Below are positions 1 through 9,127 of a stretch of DNA of 64,000 bases, piece after piece. The stretch comes from an uncultured Gemmatimonadales bacterium (GTDB lineage: Bacteria > Gemmatimonadota > Gemmatimonadetes > Longimicrobiales > Longimicrobiaceae): contig OY970303.1 of the NCBI GenBank assembly GCA_963716255.1, positions 7,200,001-7,264,000 on the forward strand. The letters are read 5' to 3'. Made by a program: the position numbers and the translations under genes. The notes beneath the pieces are model-generated. The model ran no database searches. It was not told the origin of the DNA and saw nothing but the letters and a program-made list of their open reading frames with translations. How positions within the stretch are numbered: position 1 is the first letter of the stretch; every line of letters begins with the position of its first letter.

Positions 1-274
1 GCCGGACGTCCAGCTCCCGGTCCAGGAGGTCGTTGAGGACGTAGCCCCAGGAGGCGGCGAGGCAGAACAGGACGAAGGCGGCGGCCGCCGCGCGCACGCT
101 GGCGGGGTCGCCGGTGCGGCCGGCGAAGACGAGCGGCGCGAGCACGAAGCCGTTCTTGACCCACTGCCGGGGGCGCAGCAGGCGCGCGCCGTGGACCAGC
201 GCCGCCAGCCGGGAACGGGGCGGCACGGCGGCGACGGCGGCGTCGCGGACGGGGGGCGCGAGGGTGGAGTGCAC
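1..274 (-). CDS. UbiA-family prenyltransferase, decaprenyl-phosphate phosphoribosyltransferase-like (3' end runs off the window)
   Basis: Manual translation gives LLRPRQWVKNGFVLAPLVFAG...AASWGYVLNDLLDRELD, the typical N-terminus and first Asp-rich motif. GTG start at 274. Not in the ORF track. Confidence 0.85.
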   Translation of the reverse strand, partial: MHSTLAPPVRDAAVAAVPPRSRLAALVHGARLLRPRQWVKNGFVLAPLVFAGRTGDPASVRAAAAAFVLFCLAASWGYVLNDLLDRELDVR

Positions 275-281
275 GGTGGGG

Positions 282-1016
282 TCAGACCTTGAGCCGCTCG
301 AAGAGCGGGGCGGGGAGGGCGCGCAGCGCCAGGGACACCCAGCGCCAGGGCCACGGGAGGTAGACGACCCGCCGGCCGCGGCGGACGGCGTCCAGCATGC
401 CCTCCGCCACGCGGTCGGGGGACGCGGTCAGCCGCGGGGGCGTGCGGCCCCAGGTCATGCGCGTGTCCACGAAGCCGGGGCGCGCCACGGTGACGCGGAC
501 GCCGGTGCCGCGCAGGCGTCCCCGCAGCCCTTCCAGGTACGTGTCGAGCCCGGCCTTGGCGGAGCCGTAGTGGTAGTTGCCGGCGCGCCCGCGGTCGCCG
601 GCCACCGATGACACGGCGCACACGAAGCCGCCGCCCCGCCGCGCCAGCCGGGCCACGACCAGGTCGATCAGCGACACGCACGCCACGTAGTTGACCAGGA
701 GCATCCGCTCCACGTCGCCGCGGTCGGCGGGGTCGCCCATCTCGCCCAGGCAGCAGACGACGCCCGCGACGGGCGCCGCGGCGAAGCACCGGGCGACCGC
801 GTCGGGGTGCGAGGCGAGGTCCAGCGCGTCGCAGCGCACCACGTGCGCGGGGACGCCGTGGCGGATGCGCGCGTCGGCGGCCACGGCGCCCAGCTCGTCC
901 GGGTCGCGCCCGGCGAGCACCAGCGGGTGGCCGTCCCGCGCGAGCCGCCGCGCCACCGCGCGGCCCAGCCCGCCGCTCGCCCCCAGCACCAGGACCGGCG
1001 CGCCGGCGGGGATCAC
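282..1016 (-). CDS. dprE2: SDR oxidoreductase, DprE2-like
   Basis: C-terminal part of ORF 282..2453: VLVLGASGGLG, SSVAGDRGR, YGSAK, PGFVDT. GTG start overlaps the dprE1 stop (GTGA). Confidence 0.8.
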   Translation of the reverse strand: MIPAGAPVLVLGASGGLGRAVARRLARDGHPLVLAGRDPDELGAVAADARIRHGVPAHVVRCDALDLASHPDAVARCFAAAPVAGVVCCLGEMGDPADRGDVERMLLVNYVACVSLIDLVVARLARRGGGFVCAVSSVAGDRGRAGNYHYGSAKAGLDTYLEGLRGRLRGTGVRVTVARPGFVDTRMTWGRTPPRLTASPDRVAEGMLDAVRRGRRVVYLPWPWRWVSLALRALPAPLFERLKV

Positions 1017-2407
1017 GCGGCGCCCGCCGGCACGGGGGCGCCGGCCGCGAGGCCCAGCCGCTCCCCCAGCGAGGAGCAAAAGACGCCGGCGGGGTCCAGC
1101 GCGGCGAGCTCCTGGCGGAAATCCGGGAGCGCGGGGTACATGCGGGCCACCTCCGCGGGGCCGGCGACGGCGTCCTTGGCCAGGTACACCCGCCCGCCGT
1201 GGTCCGCGGCGAGGCGCCCCAGCTCGCGCACCAGCGCCACGGCGTCCGGGGTGCACGCGAAGTCCAGCGCCAGCGTCCACCCCGCCAGCGGAAAGGACAG
1301 GTGGCCGATCCCCCCGCCGCCCATGCGCTTGAGCACGGCCAGGAGCGGGGGGAGGCCGCCGCGGGCGCACCGGTCCAGCGCGGCGGCCACGGCGGCGCGG
1401 GCGGCCGGGACGGGGAAGGCGGCCTGCAGCTGGAGCATGCCGCGGGGGCCGTACAGCAGGTTCCACCCGGCGACGCCGTCCAGGGGGAAGAGGAAGCGCT
1501 CGATGGCAACGACCCGGCCGGGCTCGCGCCCGGCCCGCGCGAAGCGGAGGGCGTTGTAAGCGCGCACGCCCCAGCGCCGCACCAGCCCCGCGGGGGGCGC
1601 CAGCGGGACGCGCGGCGCCGGCCGGGCGGGCGGGGTCCGGTGCGGGTCGGCGGGGTCCGGGGCCTCGTCCGGGAGGGCGTGGCGCGCTCGCGTCCGCACG
1701 CCGCGCCCCCGGCCGCGCCCGGGCGCCAGGCAGTCCAGCCAGAGGACGTCGAACGGGTGGCCGGCGGGGGCGTGCTCCCAGTCGTCGAGCGTGTCCGCCA
1801 GCTCCGCGGTCCGGCCGGTCTCCACCCGGAGGTACGCGCTGGGCACGCGCTCCAGCCGGATCCGCGCGGCGAGCACGATCCCGCTGAGCCCCATCCCCCC
1901 GACGGTCGCGCGGAAGGCGCCGGGGTGCTCGGCGGGCGAGCAGCGGCGCACCTCGCCGTCGCCGCACAGGAGCTCCAGCCCGGCCACGTGGTCGCCGAAG
2001 GAGCCGGCGGCCGGGTGGTTCTTGCCGTGCACGTCGGCGGCGACGGCGCCGCCCACGGACACGTGGCGGGTGCCGGGGAGCGCGGGCGGGAGCCAGCCGC
2101 GGGGGAGGAAGGTGCCCACGACGTCGCCCAGCGCCGCCCCGCCCTCGCACTCCAGGATCCCCGTGGCGGCGTCGAAGTCCAGGAAGCGGTCCAGCCGCCC
2201 GGTGAGGACCACGGCGCCGCCGCCGTTCAGGGCGGCGTCGCCGTAGCTCCGCCCCATCCCCCGCGCGACCAGCCCGCCGGCCGGCCGCGACCGCACCAGC
2301 GACACCAGCTCGTGCCGCCGTTCGGGACGGTACACGCGGCAGCGCTCGGCGGGGTGGCGCCCCCAGCCGTGGAGCACGCGGTCCGGTGCGGAGATGGGTG
2401 GATCCAT
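1013..2407 (-). CDS. dprE1: FAD-binding oxidoreductase, DprE1-like
   Basis: GWGR, ARGMGRSYGDAA, DVHGKNH, GGMGLSG, LSFP..GWTLALDF and GGRVYLAKD motifs; adjacent to the SDR and UbiA genes. Confidence 0.85.
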   Translation of the reverse strand: MDPPISAPDRVLHGWGRHPAERCRVYRPERRHELVSLVRSRPAGGLVARGMGRSYGDAALNGGGAVVLTGRLDRFLDFDAATGILECEGGAALGDVVGTFLPRGWLPPALPGTRHVSVGGAVAADVHGKNHPAAGSFGDHVAGLELLCGDGEVRRCSPAEHPGAFRATVGGMGLSGIVLAARIRLERVPSAYLRVETGRTAELADTLDDWEHAPAGHPFDVLWLDCLAPGRGRGRGVRTRARHALPDEAPDPADPHRTPPARPAPRVPLAPPAGLVRRWGVRAYNALRFARAGREPGRVVAIERFLFPLDGVAGWNLLYGPRGMLQLQAAFPVPAARAAVAAALDRCARGGLPPLLAVLKRMGGGGIGHLSFPLAGWTLALDFACTPDAVALVRELGRLAADHGGRVYLAKDAVAGPAEVARMYPALPDFRQELAALDPAGVFCSSLGERLGLAAGAPVPAGAA

Positions 2408-2590
2408 GGGGAGGGTGGGGCGGGTGCGCGGGCGGGAGCGGGAACCCTACCACGGCCCCCGGCCCCGCGCAAGCGTCCGCCCGCGTGCACGCGCCCGTCC
2501 CTGGCCCGCGTCCGCCGCGCGGCTTACGTTTCGGCTCCCGGACCCCGCAGCCGCGGCTCCTTGCGAGCGCGGCTCCCCCCGACCCGACCG

Positions 2591-3787
2591 ATGTCCTCGA
2601 TCCAGATCGCGGCGGCCCTCCCGGAGCCGCCGAGGGGCCTCGCGCGCGCCGCGCCGGCCGCCTTCGCGGCGGTGATGCTCCTCGCCTCGCTCCAGGCCGT
2701 GTGGACGCGCGGTGGGACGGCGGGCGCCGCCGCGTTCGCCGTGGGGGTGGTGACGGCGGCGCGGGTCCCCCCCGGGCGGCTGCGCGCCGCCGCGCGCCGC
2801 GTCGGGGCCCGCCACCTCCTCTGGCTGGGCGGGCTCACGCTGCTCCTGGCCGCGACCTTCGCCTTCGTCTATCCGCTGGCCGACGCGGGCGTGCTGGGCG
2901 GCGGGAGCGACCGCGACGAGGCGCTGGACCTGGCGGTGCGCGCCCTGGCCGCGGGGGAGCACCCGTACCGCCTGCGCACCTACCTGGGCAACCCCATCAC
3001 GCCCATGCCGGGGGCGCTGCTCCTGGCCGCGCCCTTCGTGGCGCTGGGCGGCTCCGCGCTCCAGGTGCTGTCCTGGGTTCCCGCGCTCGCCCTGGCGCTG
3101 GGGCGCGCGCTCCGCGACCGGGGCGCCGGGATCCTGCTGACGGCGGCGGCGGTGGCGCTCTGCCCGGAGGCCCTGCGCGACCTGCTCGGCGGCGGCGACC
3201 TGTTCGTCAGCGCGGCCTACGTCACCGTCGCCCTGGTGCTGGCGATGGACGCCGCCGGGGGCCGGAGCTCGCGGTGGGCGGCGGCGGCGGCGTCCGTGCT
3301 GCTGGGCGTCACGCTCTCCTCCCGGCCCAACTTCGCGCTGCTCTTCCCGCTGGCGCTGGCCGGCCTCGCCCGGGCGGGGGGAGGCCGCGGGATGCGGATG
3401 GGCGCGCTCGCCGTGGCCACCTTCGCCGCGGTTACGGCGCCGCTCTACCTGGCCGACCCCGCCGGCTTCTCGCCGCTGCACACCGCCGACAAGCTCCGCC
3501 AGTTCGAGCAGGTGCTCCCGCACGCGGCGGCGTGGGTGACCGGCGCGACCGCGGCCGCCGCGCTTCTCCTCGCCCTCCGCCCGGCAAACCGCCGCACGGA
3601 CGCGCTCCTCCTGCACTGCGCGGCGGTGCAGGCGGTCCCCGTCGTCGCCACCACGCTGATGTCGCTGCTCCCGGGGTACCGCCCCTTCGCCGACCTGAGC
3701 GGGAGCGGGCTGGTGCTGGTGCCCCTGGTGCTCGTCCCGCTGTGGTCGGCGCGCGTGGCCGCCCCGGCCGCCCCGGCCGCCCCGTGA
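2591..3787 (+). CDS. Polytopic membrane protein, GT-C-like (possible lipid-linked sugar transferase)
   Basis: ATG 2591 (MSSIQIAA). Many hydrophobic segments and an acidic loop SDRDEAL..HPY..TYLGNPITPMPG; divergent from the dprE genes. Confidence 0.5.
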   Translation: MSSIQIAAALPEPPRGLARAAPAAFAAVMLLASLQAVWTRGGTAGAAAFAVGVVTAARVPPGRLRAAARRVGARHLLWLGGLTLLLAATFAFVYPLADAGVLGGGSDRDEALDLAVRALAAGEHPYRLRTYLGNPITPMPGALLLAAPFVALGGSALQVLSWVPALALALGRALRDRGAGILLTAAAVALCPEALRDLLGGGDLFVSAAYVTVALVLAMDAAGGRSSRWAAAAASVLLGVTLSSRPNFALLFPLALAGLARAGGGRGMRMGALAVATFAAVTAPLYLADPAGFSPLHTADKLRQFEQVLPHAAAWVTGATAAAALLLALRPANRRTDALLLHCAAVQAVPVVATTLMSLLPGYRPFADLSGSGLVLVPLVLVPLWSARVAAPAAPAAP

Positions 3788-5373
3788 GCGGGACGCTGCG
3801 CATCCTCCGGGACGGCCCCGAGCGCGATTCCCGGGCGGGTCCGGGTGCGGTCCCCTGGGACGAGGTGGCGCGGTGGGCCCGCTCCGGCCGGCTCGCCGGC
3901 CGCCTCTTTCGCGCGCCCGAGGCCGAGCTGCACACCCGGGACGTGCGCTTCCTCCGCCGGCCGCTCCTGTCCGCGCTCCTGGTGCGGCTTCTGGGGCGGC
4001 GCGCCTGGATCGTGGACGCCGCGGGCGGGCGCCACCCGGTGGGGGCGCCGCTGCTCGCCGCGTGGGGCGCCCGCTTCGCGCGCGACCTGGCCGGCTCGCG
4101 CGCCCTCCTCCGCGGCGTGGAGCGCGACCTGGAGCGGCTGGAGCGCGCGGCGGCCGCGCGCCCGCCGGGGCGCCGCGTCCCCGGGGCAGGCGCGCCCGTG
4201 TACCTGCGCACCGACCTGTGGTTCGGCGTCGCGGCCGGGGGCTCGGTGGCCCACGTGGCGGGGGTGGCGAACCACCTGGACGCGTGGGGGGAGCCCGCCG
4301 TGGTGCTGACCACGGACCCGCTCCCCCTGGTGCGCCCGGAGCTGGAGCAGCACGTGGTGCGGCCCGGCGCGGAGTTCTGGGACTTCCGGGAGCTCCCCGA
4401 CCTGCGCTTCAACCGCGTGTTCGAGGAACGGGCCGCGGCGCTCCTCCGGGGGCGGCGCGTCGCCTTCTTCTACCAGCGCTACGGCGCGCACGGCTACGCC
4501 GGCGCCTCGCTGGCCCTGGCGCGCGGGGTGCCGCTGGTGGTGGAGTTCAACGGCTCCGCGGCCTGGCTCGGCCGCCACTGGGGCGAGCCGCTGCGCTTCG
4601 AGGCGCTGGCGGACCGCGTCGAGCGCGTCGTCCTGGCGTCGGCGGAGCTGGTGGTGGTGGTCGCCGACGCGCTCCGCGACCGGCTCGCCGCCGCGGGGGT
4701 CCCGCCGGAGCGGATCCTCGTCAACCCCAACGGCGTGGACCCCGACCGCTACTCGCCGGCCGTGGACGGCTCCCGCGTCCGCGCCCGGTACGGCCTGGGC
4801 GGCGCGCCGGTCGTGGGGTTCATCGGCACCTTCGGGCCCTGGCACGGCGCGGAGGTCCTGGCGGACGCCTGGGGGCGGATGCGGGCCGGGCGCCCCGACC
4901 TGCACGGCGCGCGGCTGCTGATGATCGGGAGCGGGGCGCGTCTGGAGGCGACGCGCGCGGCGCTGGAGCGCGGGGGCGCCGCCGGGGCGGCCGTGCTGAC
5001 GGGGCTGGTGCCGCAGGAGGAGGGGGCGGAGCACCTGGCCGCCTGCGACGTCCTGGTCGCCCCGCACGTCCCCAACCCCGACGGCTCGGAGTTCTTCGGC
5101 TCGCCCACCAAGCTGTTCGAGTACCTGGCCATGGGGCGCGCCGTGGTGGCCTCCGACCTGGGGCAGATCGGCCGGGTGGTCCGCCACGGGGAGAACGGCT
5201 GGCGGGTTCCCCCGGGGGACGCGGAAGCGCTGGCCGGCGGGATCGCCCGGCTCCTGGACGACGCGGAGCTGCGCGGGCGCCTGGGCGCGGCGGCTCGCAC
5301 GGACGCGGTGGAGCGCTGGAGCTGGCGCGCGCACGTGGGGCGCACGCTCGCCGCGCTGCGGGGGGAGCGTTGA
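3784..5373 (+). CDS. GT4 glycosyltransferase with N-terminal extension
   Basis: PNGVD, GFIGTFGPWHG, SPTKLFEYLAMGRAVVASD; GTG overlaps the previous stop. Confidence 0.85.
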   Translation: MSGTLRILRDGPERDSRAGPGAVPWDEVARWARSGRLAGRLFRAPEAELHTRDVRFLRRPLLSALLVRLLGRRAWIVDAAGGRHPVGAPLLAAWGARFARDLAGSRALLRGVERDLERLERAAAARPPGRRVPGAGAPVYLRTDLWFGVAAGGSVAHVAGVANHLDAWGEPAVVLTTDPLPLVRPELEQHVVRPGAEFWDFRELPDLRFNRVFEERAAALLRGRRVAFFYQRYGAHGYAGASLALARGVPLVVEFNGSAAWLGRHWGEPLRFEALADRVERVVLASAELVVVVADALRDRLAAAGVPPERILVNPNGVDPDRYSPAVDGSRVRARYGLGGAPVVGFIGTFGPWHGAEVLADAWGRMRAGRPDLHGARLLMIGSGARLEATRAALERGGAAGAAVLTGLVPQEEGAEHLAACDVLVAPHVPNPDGSEFFGSPTKLFEYLAMGRAVVASDLGQIGRVVRHGENGWRVPPGDAEALAGGIARLLDDAELRGRLGAAARTDAVERWSWRAHVGRTLAALRGER

Positions 5374-7472
5374 TCGGGGGGGCGCTGCGCCGGCTGCGGG
5401 AGCTCCCGCCGGGCGAATGGCCGCTCCGCGCCGCGGAGCGTGCCCGGCGCGAGGGCGCCGCCGCGTGGCGGCGCCTGGCGGACCGGCTCCGCCCCTCGTA
5501 CGAGCGCGCGATCCCCGGCCCCCTGCTGCGCATCCTCCCCGCGCCCCCGCTGGACGCGCTGCGCCCGCACGCGCCGGCAATCGCGGCGGCGTGCGCGCGC
5601 GACCTCGCGCACGAGTTCGACCTGCTGGGTTCCGGGCCGGTGGCCGTGCGCCACGGCGCCGAAGTGCCGGGTGTGGAGGGCCGGCGCTATCCGCCGGAGC
5701 CGCGTCCGGGCCCGCGCGTCAACGCGGCCAACCGCGCCGAGTCCCGCAGGATCCGCGCGCTGATCCCCGCGGGGTACGAGCCCGTCGACTGGCAGCTCGA
5801 CTTCCGGAGCGGCTTCCGCTGGGACGAGTCCACGTGGTTCCGCGACGTCGCTATCGGGCACCTGCCGGGGGTGGACGTCAAGGTGCCGTGGGAGCTGTCG
5901 CGCATGCAGCACCTCCCGCGGCTGGCCTGCGCCCACGCCCTGGCCGCCGCCGGCGAGCCCGGCTTCGAGGCGCCGGCGCGCTACGCGGACGAGTTCCGCT
6001 GCCAGCTGCTCGACTGGATCGCGGCGAATCCCCCGAGGTGGGGGGTCAACTGGCGGATGCCGATGGACGTGGCGCTCCGCGTGGTGAGCTGGCTCGCGGC
6101 GTGGGACCTGTTCGCCGCGCAGGGGGTGCGCTTCGACGCGGCCTTCGCGGAGGTGTTCCGGCGCGCGGTGCGGGAGCACGCCCTGCACGTGGTCGCCCAC
6201 CTGGAGTGGAACCGGGAGGTCCGCGGCAACCACTACCTTGCCGACGTCGCCGGGCTGCTCTTCTGCGCGGCCTACCTGCCGCGCACGCCGCGGACGGACG
6301 CCTGGCTCGCCTGGTCCGTGCAGGAGCTGGGCGCGGAGACGGCGCTCCAGTTCACCCCCGACGGCGCGGGGTTCGAGGCGTCCACGGCGTACCACTGCCT
6401 GTCCATGGAGATGGTGGCGTGGGCGACCGCCCTGGTGCGGGGCCTCCCCGCGGACAAGGCGCGGGCGCTCGCCGGGGCCCGCCCGCGGGAGTGGAAGCGC
6501 CGCCCCCCGCTCCGCCCGGACGCCGCGCTCCCGGCGGACCACGCCCTCCGCATCCGCCGCATGGTGGAGTTCGCCGCGGCGCTCACCCGGCCCGGCGGGG
6601 GGATGGCGCGCATCGGCGATGACGACAGCGGCCGCTTCCTCCCGCTCCGCCCCGGCGGCGGCGCGCCCGCGCCCGCCGAGCCGCTGGCCGTGGCTGCGGC
6701 GCTGTGCGGTCCGCCCGACCGGCGGGAGCCCGCCGCGGCGCTGGTCGCGGACTGGATCGGCCCGCAACCCCACGTCCGTCTCCCGCCCGCTCCCGACGTG
6801 CGCCTGCACTCCCGGGAGGACGAGCCTGGCGAGCCGGACGACTCGGCGTCGATCGGGATCGTCCTCCCCGGCGGAGGGGCGCGGCGGGAGCTGCGCCTGT
6901 GGGCCTTCCCCGACTTCGGCGTGTACGTGCTACGCTCCGCGCGGCTGTGGATCTCGGTCCGCTGCGGCGGGCGGGGGCAGATCGCGCTCGCGGGGCACGC
7001 GCACGAGGACCAGCTCGCCGTGGAGCTCGCCATCGACGGCGCGGAGGTGGTGGTAGACCCGGGCACGTACCTGTACACCGCGCTCCCGGAGGCGCGGGAG
7101 CGGTACCGCTCGGCCGCCACGCACTGGACGCCGCGCACGGAGCCGCCGCTCCCGCAGGCGCGCCGGGGTCCCACCCTGTTCGAGCTGCACGACCGCGCGC
7201 TGGCCCGCTGCCTCCGCTGGGACGAGGACGGGTTCGCGGGTGTCCTGGAAATCGGCGGCGTCCGCGTCCGCCGGGAGATCGCGGTGGAGGACGACGTGCT
7301 GCGCGTCACCGACTCCGTCCGCGGACCCGGGCACCACGTGCTGTGTCCGTTCCCGGAGCCGACCGTGGAGGCTTCCCCGGCGTACGGCGCGCGCGAGCCC
7401 GAGGGGTCGGCGGCCCGGCGCCTGGCGCGGCTGCGGCCGGCCGGGCCGGGGCGGTGGGAGTGGCGGGGGTAG
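5370..7472 (+). CDS. Heparinase II/III-like protein
   Basis: DVKVPWELSRMQHL, GVNW, NHYLAD, EASTAYH, GDDDSG, GHAHED and VDPGTYLYT motifs; TTG start overlaps the previous stop. Confidence 0.8.
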   Translation: MIGGALRRLRELPPGEWPLRAAERARREGAAAWRRLADRLRPSYERAIPGPLLRILPAPPLDALRPHAPAIAAACARDLAHEFDLLGSGPVAVRHGAEVPGVEGRRYPPEPRPGPRVNAANRAESRRIRALIPAGYEPVDWQLDFRSGFRWDESTWFRDVAIGHLPGVDVKVPWELSRMQHLPRLACAHALAAAGEPGFEAPARYADEFRCQLLDWIAANPPRWGVNWRMPMDVALRVVSWLAAWDLFAAQGVRFDAAFAEVFRRAVREHALHVVAHLEWNREVRGNHYLADVAGLLFCAAYLPRTPRTDAWLAWSVQELGAETALQFTPDGAGFEASTAYHCLSMEMVAWATALVRGLPADKARALAGARPREWKRRPPLRPDAALPADHALRIRRMVEFAAALTRPGGGMARIGDDDSGRFLPLRPGGGAPAPAEPLAVAAALCGPPDRREPAAALVADWIGPQPHVRLPPAPDVRLHSREDEPGEPDDSASIGIVLPGGGARRELRLWAFPDFGVYVLRSARLWISVRCGGRGQIALAGHAHEDQLAVELAIDGAEVVVDPGTYLYTALPEARERYRSAATHWTPRTEPPLPQARRGPTLFELHDRALARCLRWDEDGFAGVLEIGGVRVRREIAVEDDVLRVTDSVRGPGHHVLCPFPEPTVEASPAYGAREPEGSAARRLARLRPAGPGRWEWRG

Positions 7473-7534
7473 GGAGTCGCGCGGAATCCGTGTGAGTCGG
7501 GCGACGGCTGTATCTCGCGGTCGCGTCGGAGCCT

Positions 7535-7677
7535 GCGTAAGGGATGTCGGCCCGAAGGGGCGAGACCGCGCGGCACCTCAGTTCAGAGGTGCTGGCGCGG
7601 GCTCGACTCCGTTACGCAGCGTTGTTTGCTGCGTTACGGAGCCGAAGCCCGACCCCGGCGCAGCCGGGGGCACGCCC
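7535..7677 (+). repeat. Structured interspersed repeat, copy 1 (candidate ncRNA or ssDNA element)
   Basis: GCGTAAGGGAT...CGGCCCGAAGGGGCGAGACC...GGGCTCGACTCCGTT...ACGGAGCCGAAGCCCGACCCCGGC..GCCGGGGGCACGCCC; three further copies in the window. Confidence 0.95.
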
Positions 7678-7702
7678 GAACCGGTCAGTTGCCGTTCCAA
7701 AG

Positions 7703-7731
7703 TTGCCCCCCCCAACCCGTTCGTACATATT
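7703..7731 (+). promoter_or_regulatory. Possible internal sigma70-type promoter
   Basis: TTGCCC-N17-CATATT in an AT-richer patch 50 bp upstream of the GTG at 7781. Confidence 0.25.
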
Positions 7732-7780
7732 TCCCAGCTCCGCCCGTCCTCCTCGCCACGCCGCGGTCCGGCGCTCCAAA

Positions 7781-9127
7781 GTGAAGCTCCTCGTCGTTTC
7801 CTACTGGTACCCGCCCTCCGTCTCGCCGCGCGCCTTCCGCTGGTCGGCGCTGGCGGAGCACTGGGCGGCGCGCGGGTGGGAGGTGCACGTGGTGGCCGGG
7901 TGGAGCCCGGAGCTGGCGCGCCGCGAGCGCGTGGGCGGGGTGGAGGTGTACCGGCCGGGGGTCCACGTCCGCGGTACGGCGCGGCGCCTCCTGGGACGGT
8001 GGCGGGGCGGGGCGCCCCCCCGCGGCGGGAGCGCCGCGGCCGTGAGCCCGCCGCCGCTCGCCCGCGCCGCGCGCTGGCTCTACGAGCGCAGCTGGGGGCG
8101 CGTGTGCTGGCCGGACGACGCCGGGCTGTGGATCCCGGCCGCGGCCCGCCTGGCGGCGCGGCTGGTGGACGCCCACCGCTTCGACGCGCTGGTCACCGTG
8201 TCGCACCCGTTCAGCGCGCACCTGGTGGGCGTCCTGGTGCACGGGCGCATGGGCGGTGTGCCGTGGGTGGCCGACGTGGGCGACCCCTTCGCCTTCCTCG
8301 CGGACACCCCGGTCAACAACCACGCGCTGTACGGCGCCCTCAACCGCGCCGCCGAGGCCGCCGTCCTCCGCCGCTGCACCGCCGCCGCCGTGACGGTGGA
8401 GGGCGCGCGCGCGGCGTACGCGCGCCACTTCCCCGGGTCCGCGGCCAAGCTGCGGGTGATCCCCCCGCTCCTCGCCCCCGCGCGCCTCGACCCGGCGCCG
8501 GCCTTCGCCGCGGACGGCGCGCTCCGCCTGGTGTTTTCCGGCAACCTGTACTCGCGCGTGCGGACCCCGGACTTCGCGCTGCGCCTGGCGGCCGCGCTCC
8601 GCGGGCGGGTGCCGGGGCGGCGGGTGGAGCTGCACTTCTTCGGCAACGTGCGGCAGTGCGCGGCGAGCTTCGCTCCCTACGGGGCGGAGCTGGGGTGCAC
8701 CCTCTTCCTCCACGGCGTGGTGGACCGCGCCGAGGCGCTGCGCGCCCTGCGCGACGCCGACGTGCTGGTGAACCTGGGGAACCGCACCTCCTACCAGCTC
8801 CCCAGCAAGACGGTGGAGTACGTCGCCGCCGGCAGGCCGGTGCTCAACCTGGTGCCCGGAGGCGGGGACACCTCGGCGGCGTTCTTCGAGGGGTACCCGG
8901 CCGCGCTCACCGTGGCCGAGGAGCCCGGCGGGCCGGACGGCGCCACCGTGGACCGCGTGGCGGCGTGGATCGCGGGGGCCGCCCCGCTCTCCCCGCGCGA
9001 GGTGGAGCGCTGGACCGCCGCGCACCTGCCGGCCACGGTGGCCGCGGCGTACGAGGCGCTGCTGCGGGTCGGCGTCCGCGCCCCCCGCCCCGGGGTGCTC
9101 GCCGCGGCGGGGGAGGGCGCGCAGTGA
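7781..9127 (+). CDS. GT-B fold glycosyltransferase (GT4-like)
   Basis: MKLLVVSYWYPP, WVADVGDPF, QLPSKTVEY. The ORF-track start at 7544 reads through the repeat and is unlikely. Confidence 0.8.
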   Translation: MKLLVVSYWYPPSVSPRAFRWSALAEHWAARGWEVHVVAGWSPELARRERVGGVEVYRPGVHVRGTARRLLGRWRGGAPPRGGSAAAVSPPPLARAARWLYERSWGRVCWPDDAGLWIPAAARLAARLVDAHRFDALVTVSHPFSAHLVGVLVHGRMGGVPWVADVGDPFAFLADTPVNNHALYGALNRAAEAAVLRRCTAAAVTVEGARAAYARHFPGSAAKLRVIPPLLAPARLDPAPAFAADGALRLVFSGNLYSRVRTPDFALRLAAALRGRVPGRRVELHFFGNVRQCAASFAPYGAELGCTLFLHGVVDRAEALRALRDADVLVNLGNRTSYQLPSKTVEYVAAGRPVLNLVPGGGDTSAAFFEGYPAALTVAEEPGGPDGATVDRVAAWIAGAAPLSPREVERWTAAHLPATVAAAYEALLRVGVRAPRPGVLAAAGEGAQ

